Below, one piece after another: positions 59,934-64,000 of a DNA stretch of 64,000 nt. Below the pieces are notes generated by a model that was not told the DNA's origin, did no database searches, and was given only the letters and a program-made list of their open reading frames with translations. The stretch is taken from the NCBI GenBank assembly GCA_963835655.1, contig CAWIGJ010000003.1:305016-369015 (forward strand). Direction: 5' to 3'. The stretch's first letter is position 1. Each line of letters starts with the position of its first letter. The stretch is from an uncultured Chloroflexia bacterium (GTDB taxonomy: Bacteria > Chloroflexota > Dehalococcoidia > DSTF01 > JALHUB01). Made by a program: the position numbers and the translations under genes.

Positions 59934-60460
59934 CCCGCCGCGCCTGTCCCGCCCTCCGCCGGCGGCGGCACGAAGACGCGTTGCGCCAGCTCGCGATCGA
60001 GCATCAGCAGGCCTGTGCCATCACTGCCGATCAGCTTCAGATTCCTGAGAATCCGGTTCGCCGACTCCTCTTCCTCCACTTGCTCGTTCACAAACCACTG
60101 GAGGAAGGTCTGCGTGGCGTGGTCCGATTCCTGAACGGCGGCGGTGGAAAGGGCGTTGATGAGTCCCGTGACCTTTTGCTCGTGCCGGTAAACCTCCTCG
60201 AAGGCAGTCGTGGCCGACTGCCAGTCCGTCGCCGGACCTTCGATAGGCTTGAGCGTAACGCGCCCGTCACGGCTGTTGACGAAGTCAAAGAACTTCATCG
60301 CGTGCATCAGCTCTTCTCTCGCCTGCACGCGCATCCAGTTCGCAAAGCCGTCGAGATCGGACGACTCGAAGTAGGCCGACATCGAGAGGTAGAGGTAGGC
60401 GGAATATAGCTCGGCGTTAAGCTGATTGTTTAGTCTCTCTTCCATATTCGGGGTCAACAT
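59930..60460 (-). CDS. Ferritin (non-heme, bacterial)
   Basis: [26 protein letters not shown]...[13 protein letters not shown] ferroxidase-site pattern. Confidence 0.8.
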   Translation of the reverse strand: MLTPNMEERLNNQLNAELYSAYLYLSMSAYFESSDLDGFANWMRVQAREELMHAMKFFDFVNSRDGRVTLKPIEGPATDWQSATTAFEEVYRHEQKVTGLINALSTAAVQESDHATQTFLQWFVNEQVEEEESANRILRNLKLIGSDGTGLLMLDRELAQRVFVPPPAEGGTGAAG

Positions 60461-61400
60461 CGCTGATTCCTCCGTTCGCTAGTCCTTGTTGGGCGCGCCG
60501 TATTCTGCCCGTCGCCTCGATGACCGGACGTTCTTCTACGGCCGTCTTCGCCTCAGGCTTCTGGTCGACGAGGAAGAGCAACGGGTAGGTGGCGTTTTCC
60601 AGCAGCCTCTGGATGACCTGTGCCCTTCCGGGCGAGAGGTGGCCCTTCCAGGCGGCTATCAAAAGGTCGCAGTCGGAATCGGCCGCGTAGCGGATGATCT
60701 CTTCGCCGGGGTCGCCGACGCGCAGGGCGACGACCATGTTGGTGAGTTGGGGCCTGCCGATGACGGCAAAGCTGCTGCGGACGAACTCGTCTTGCCAGGC
60801 TTCGAGCTCGTAGCGCGGAGAGTCGAGGAAGACCGGCGAGGCAGGCGCGGGTGCCGTCTCCGGCCGGCTATCGACGATGTGCAGCATAAGCAGCCGGGCG
60901 TTCGATTGCGACGCCAGTGCGCACGCTTCTCTCACCGAACACACCGATTCGAAATTGCCATCCAACGGCACCACGATGCGACGGAGATGGCGCAGCCGAT
61001 GGACCTGGGTGCCGGCATCGAGGGCGGAGCGCAGCACGTAGACTGGACATGGCGGCTCCTGCAGGACGTGCAATGTGACGTGACCGACTGGGGTGTCGAG
61101 GTTGCCGCCGACGCCATGGGTCGAGAGAAATATCGCGTGGGCGTCTATCTCCGCTGCGACCCGGCAGATGGATTCAGCGGGCTCGCCGACGGCGTTCATC
61201 ACGACTACGCGTGTCAGCCATTCGTCCGGTAACCCGACCATCTCGACCATCTCGGGTATTGTCATTGGTCGTGAAGAGACGTGTAGCACGCAGATCTCGT
61301 TGCCGTCTAAATCGGCAATTGCCTCCGCCACCCTAAGCGGTTTTTCCGCCGCCAGCGAACCGTCCAGGGGAACCAGTATGGGACCATTACCCGGAAGCAT
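60417..61400 (-). CDS. Tandem universal stress protein (2x UspA domains)
   Basis: 327 aa; two Usp-like halves each with ILVPLDGS / IVVPLDG openings. Confidence 0.7.
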   Translation of the reverse strand: MLPGNGPILVPLDGSLAAEKPLRVAEAIADLDGNEICVLHVSSRPMTIPEMVEMVGLPDEWLTRVVVMNAVGEPAESICRVAAEIDAHAIFLSTHGVGGNLDTPVGHVTLHVLQEPPCPVYVLRSALDAGTQVHRLRHLRRIVVPLDGNFESVCSVREACALASQSNARLLMLHIVDSRPETAPAPASPVFLDSPRYELEAWQDEFVRSSFAVIGRPQLTNMVVALRVGDPGEEIIRYAADSDCDLLIAAWKGHLSPGRAQVIQRLLENATYPLLFLVDQKPEAKTAVEERPVIEATGRIRRAQQGLANGGISDVDPEYGRETKQSA

Positions 61401-63642
61401 CGGAATCTCCCTTTCTGCCGGTAGCCGACCAGAAAGTGACGGCTGGGTCGAATGAGAACGAATGCCATTGGCCCGGCTGCACTACTCGTTCCTCCATGTT
61501 CACGCGAACAGGGCAGGGAGCACCTTCGATCTTGATTTCGAACCGGTTGTCCCGGCGAATGCGGACATCGAACCGCCTTCGCTGCCAGAGGTGAGAGAAC
61601 TCGAGGCTTTCGACCGAGCCCGGAAGGGACGGGTCGAAGCCAATGCCGATATCGCTAAACTTGAAGCCGGCGAGGCCAAAGACCATGACCTGCCGCAGGG
61701 CGCCCTGAGAGGCTAGCCTGACTCCACCGGCGGCACCCCGGTACGGCGGCTGGAGGTCGATAGACATCGACTGCTCCAGATATTTGCGGCACAGGTCGTC
61801 GTCACGCAGCCAAGCGGCGACGATGGCATGCATCGGTGGGCTCAGCGAACTGGTATGGGCGGTAATAGGCTCGTAGTAGGCGAGGTTCTTTCGCGCCGCG
61901 GCCTCTGTCCACCATTCGGGGAAAAGCCGGAGCGCCATGAGCACATCCGCCTGCTTGACGGCCCGCATGTGTTGGACGGCATCGTGACCGACGGCGATGT
62001 CGAGTGGCACGCCGGCTCGCAGGTAGGACGCGACGTCGACCGGCTCGTAGCTGAAGAAGCCATCGAATTGCTCAACCACCTCGTCTTTCAGGAAGGTGCT
62101 GCGCCGCATTAGCTCGCCGACCTGGCGCCAGGCGGCAGGCTCGTCCGGCTTAATGTTTAGCCGCTGCAGCAGCTTTTCCGCTGCCTCCGGCTGCGACTTA
62201 CGAAGCGTCGAGACGTAGGATTCCGCCTGCAGGAGCGTCCAGCGTGCCAGGGCATTGGTGTAGGCGTTGTCGCTGACGTTGTCATGGTACTCGTCAGGTC
62301 CGATGACGTTGCGGATAGAGTAGTAGTGGTTGGAAGGTGAGACACGGCTGCGCCAGAAGCGGGCGCATTCGATCAGCATCTCCGCACCGTAGCGGAGCAT
62401 GAAGTCGTCGTCGCCACTGGCCCGCCAGTACGAGACGATGGCGTAGGGCACGGCGCCGGATATGTGATTCTCCTGCTCGCCGTTCAGCACCCGCACTGTG
62501 GAGCCGTCCGGCAGGGACACGAAGTCCGGTGTCCGGTCCTCGCCCGTGTCCGTCGACTCCCAGGCGTACATCGCACCCTCGTAGCCGTATGTCTTCGCGC
62601 GACGGCGGGCGGCGTCGAGCGTTCGGTAGCGATAGAGGAGGCAGGAACGAGCGGATTCGGGCCAGGTAAACGAAAGGAACGGCAGGATAAACAGTTCCGT
62701 ATCCCAGAACACGTGGCCGTGGTAGGCAATACCAGACAGGTCGCGCGGGCCGATGGAAGAGCGACCTTCGTTGACGGTAGCGGAGGACAGCAAATGGTAG
62801 GTGGCGAATCGCACCGCCTGCTGGAGCGTGTTGTCGCCCTCGATCTTCATGTCCGCGATGTCCCAGCGCTGTTGCCAAGTCCGCTGGTGTTCTTCGAGCA
62901 GTGCCTGAAAGGACGCTTCGTCCTTGGGACGCTCGGGAAATTCCTCCGGCACAATCCGGCTGACCATATCCAGGACGACCCGCTCACCGACACGCGCCGC
63001 TGCGGTCACTGACATATTATCAATGGAGCCGGGCTGGCCCTGGAGGAAGACATCAGTGTCCACGCGCCCAGCGTCATCGGCGAGGGACTGGGCCGGGTCC
63101 TGGGGGCGAAGGCGGCGGCGGCTTGGCGCCGCGACGTTCGGCATGGTGATAGTCGCTTGCAGCGGCTCATTGCTCTCTTCGAGGGTTAGGACGAGCCGGT
63201 AGAGGTAGAGTTCGGGCCGGACTGCCGAGGCTGCTCGAAGTGATTGCCAGCGCCAGACGTGTCCGTGGCGGTCGCTGAACGTCCAGTCTCGTCGCAAGAG
63301 CCCGTTTCGCAGGTCCAGTCGGCGTAGGTGCGAGTTGGTCCGCACGGTTGACATGCTGAAACTGACGCCGTCAGCGGTGACAAAGAGCGTCGAAGGGTCG
63401 TGGAGCGTGAGCAGCGTCTGGCCGGCCGGCAGGGTCGTCGGCATGTAGATGCCGGCGACGATGACCATCGGGTTTGACGCCGGATTCCCTTCCTCAAGCG
63501 ACGCGCGGACGCCGAAGTGGCCGTTGGCGACGGCGAAAACTGCCTCCGCGCCGCGCTCATTCAGCGGATCGAAACCCTCGGAGACGATCGTCCAGGTCGC
63601 CTCTTCCCGCTCCATCAGCTCACGCGAAGCTTCAACTGCCAT
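61387..63642 (-). CDS. GH65-family glycoside phosphorylase (trehalose/kojibiose/maltose phosphorylase-like)
   Basis: 751 aa; GH65 central catalytic domain motifs (GHVFWDTE, YHDNVSDNAYTN). Confidence 0.8.
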   Translation of the reverse strand: MAVEASRELMEREEATWTIVSEGFDPLNERGAEAVFAVANGHFGVRASLEEGNPASNPMVIVAGIYMPTTLPAGQTLLTLHDPSTLFVTADGVSFSMSTVRTNSHLRRLDLRNGLLRRDWTFSDRHGHVWRWQSLRAASAVRPELYLYRLVLTLEESNEPLQATITMPNVAAPSRRRLRPQDPAQSLADDAGRVDTDVFLQGQPGSIDNMSVTAAARVGERVVLDMVSRIVPEEFPERPKDEASFQALLEEHQRTWQQRWDIADMKIEGDNTLQQAVRFATYHLLSSATVNEGRSSIGPRDLSGIAYHGHVFWDTELFILPFLSFTWPESARSCLLYRYRTLDAARRRAKTYGYEGAMYAWESTDTGEDRTPDFVSLPDGSTVRVLNGEQENHISGAVPYAIVSYWRASGDDDFMLRYGAEMLIECARFWRSRVSPSNHYYSIRNVIGPDEYHDNVSDNAYTNALARWTLLQAESYVSTLRKSQPEAAEKLLQRLNIKPDEPAAWRQVGELMRRSTFLKDEVVEQFDGFFSYEPVDVASYLRAGVPLDIAVGHDAVQHMRAVKQADVLMALRLFPEWWTEAAARKNLAYYEPITAHTSSLSPPMHAIVAAWLRDDDLCRKYLEQSMSIDLQPPYRGAAGGVRLASQGALRQVMVFGLAGFKFSDIGIGFDPSLPGSVESLEFSHLWQRRRFDVRIRRDNRFEIKIEGAPCPVRVNMEERVVQPGQWHSFSFDPAVTFWSATGRKGDSDASG

Positions 63643-64000
63643 TCCAGGATCTCCACAAATCTTTGAGGGCCGCCGCCGAGCCCAAGAACCGGATCAGGCA
63701 CGCCTCCCGGCTCGGGGCCGACGGATGCGAAGGCGGCGTTTGCAGCCTCCGGCACAAGCATTCGGGCGTCGCTGCCGGAGAAGCCGCCGACGTCGCCGAA
63801 CTCGTCGCCGGCGATAAGAATGCTCTCGTTGACGATGCCGTTTGGTTGGGCGACATTCTCCAGCAGCCAGACGACGGAATCGCCTTTGTCTGTGAGGCCC
63901 ACCTCGACGTATTTGCCGTCGCTGGTGATGCGTGGGTTTTGAAGGCCGGCCTGGCGGGCGATGTCGCCGGCAAGATCCATCACGTCGGCGATCGCAGCGA
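63615..64000 (-). CDS. HAD-IIB sugar-phosphate phosphatase-like protein (OtsB/trehalose-phosphatase-like), 5' end outside window
   Basis: C-terminal part only: ...KYVEVGLTDKGDSVVWLL...ILIAGDEFGDVGGF... resembles HAD-IIB C-terminus; overlaps GH65 start by 28 nt. Confidence 0.45.
   Translation of the reverse strand, partial: AAIADVMDLAGDIARQAGLQNPRITSDGKYVEVGLTDKGDSVVWLLENVAQPNGIVNESILIAGDEFGDVGGFSGSDARMLVPEAANAAFASVGPEPGGVPDPVLGLGGGPQRFVEILEWQLKLRVS

Overview
High-GC (~65%) bacterial chromosomal segment, densely coding on both strands. No rRNA, tRNA or CRISPR array was recognised. From my reading of the ORF track and sequence the window contains the following, in order.

- A peptide-type ABC permease pair, followed by a cluster of three uroporphyrinogen-decarboxylase (UroD/MtaA)-family paralogs and a MetH-activation-domain protein.
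- rpsU (ribosomal protein S21) preceded by a double zinc-ribbon protein.
- A long minus-strand string of stress-type genes. In order on that strand: a CheY-like response regulator, a GAF/PAS histidine kinase, a PAS histidine kinase fused to a complete OmpR-type response regulator, a zinc-ribbon protein, OtsA, a second zinc-ribbon protein, a ClbS/DUF1706-like protein, Fe/Mn superoxide dismutase, and a VOC/glyoxalase protein.
- PBP1A.
- A second minus-strand string. In order on that strand: a response regulator, an XRE regulator, Ku, LigD, an encapsulated ferritin-like cargo and a family-1 encapsulin shell.
- A fourth UroD paralog, ribF and tyrS.
- An EF-G paralog.
- An approximately 5 kb island of tandem, mutually similar genes for small secreted proteins ending in LPNTG-type signals. 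All copies are broken by frameshifts. Embedded in the island are a resolvase-like gene and a BrnT/BrnA toxin-antitoxin module.
- PadR and an ABC-2 exporter.
- An HpcH aldolase.
- An atypical OmpR/GlnR-like regulator, two tandem amt ammonium-transporter genes and glnA, with no glnK.
- An 11-subunit nuoABCDHIJKLMN operon without nuoEFG.
- valS, a Tam-like methyltransferase, ferritin, a tandem Usp, a GH65 glycoside phosphorylase and the start of a HAD-IIB phosphatase.

Three otherwise ordinary genes (MetH-activation, LigD, EF-G) each carry a single apparent frameshift. This suggests the assembly contains occasional indel errors, and that caveat applies to the disrupted LPNTG family as well.

The most unusual structure is the tandem LPNTG-protein array together with its embedded recombinase-like and BrnTA genes. 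The next most notable are the kinase/response-regulator/OmpR single-polypeptide fusion in its stress-gene neighbourhood, and the GTAAC-n6 phased repeats in the amt promoters next to the GlnR-like regulator.
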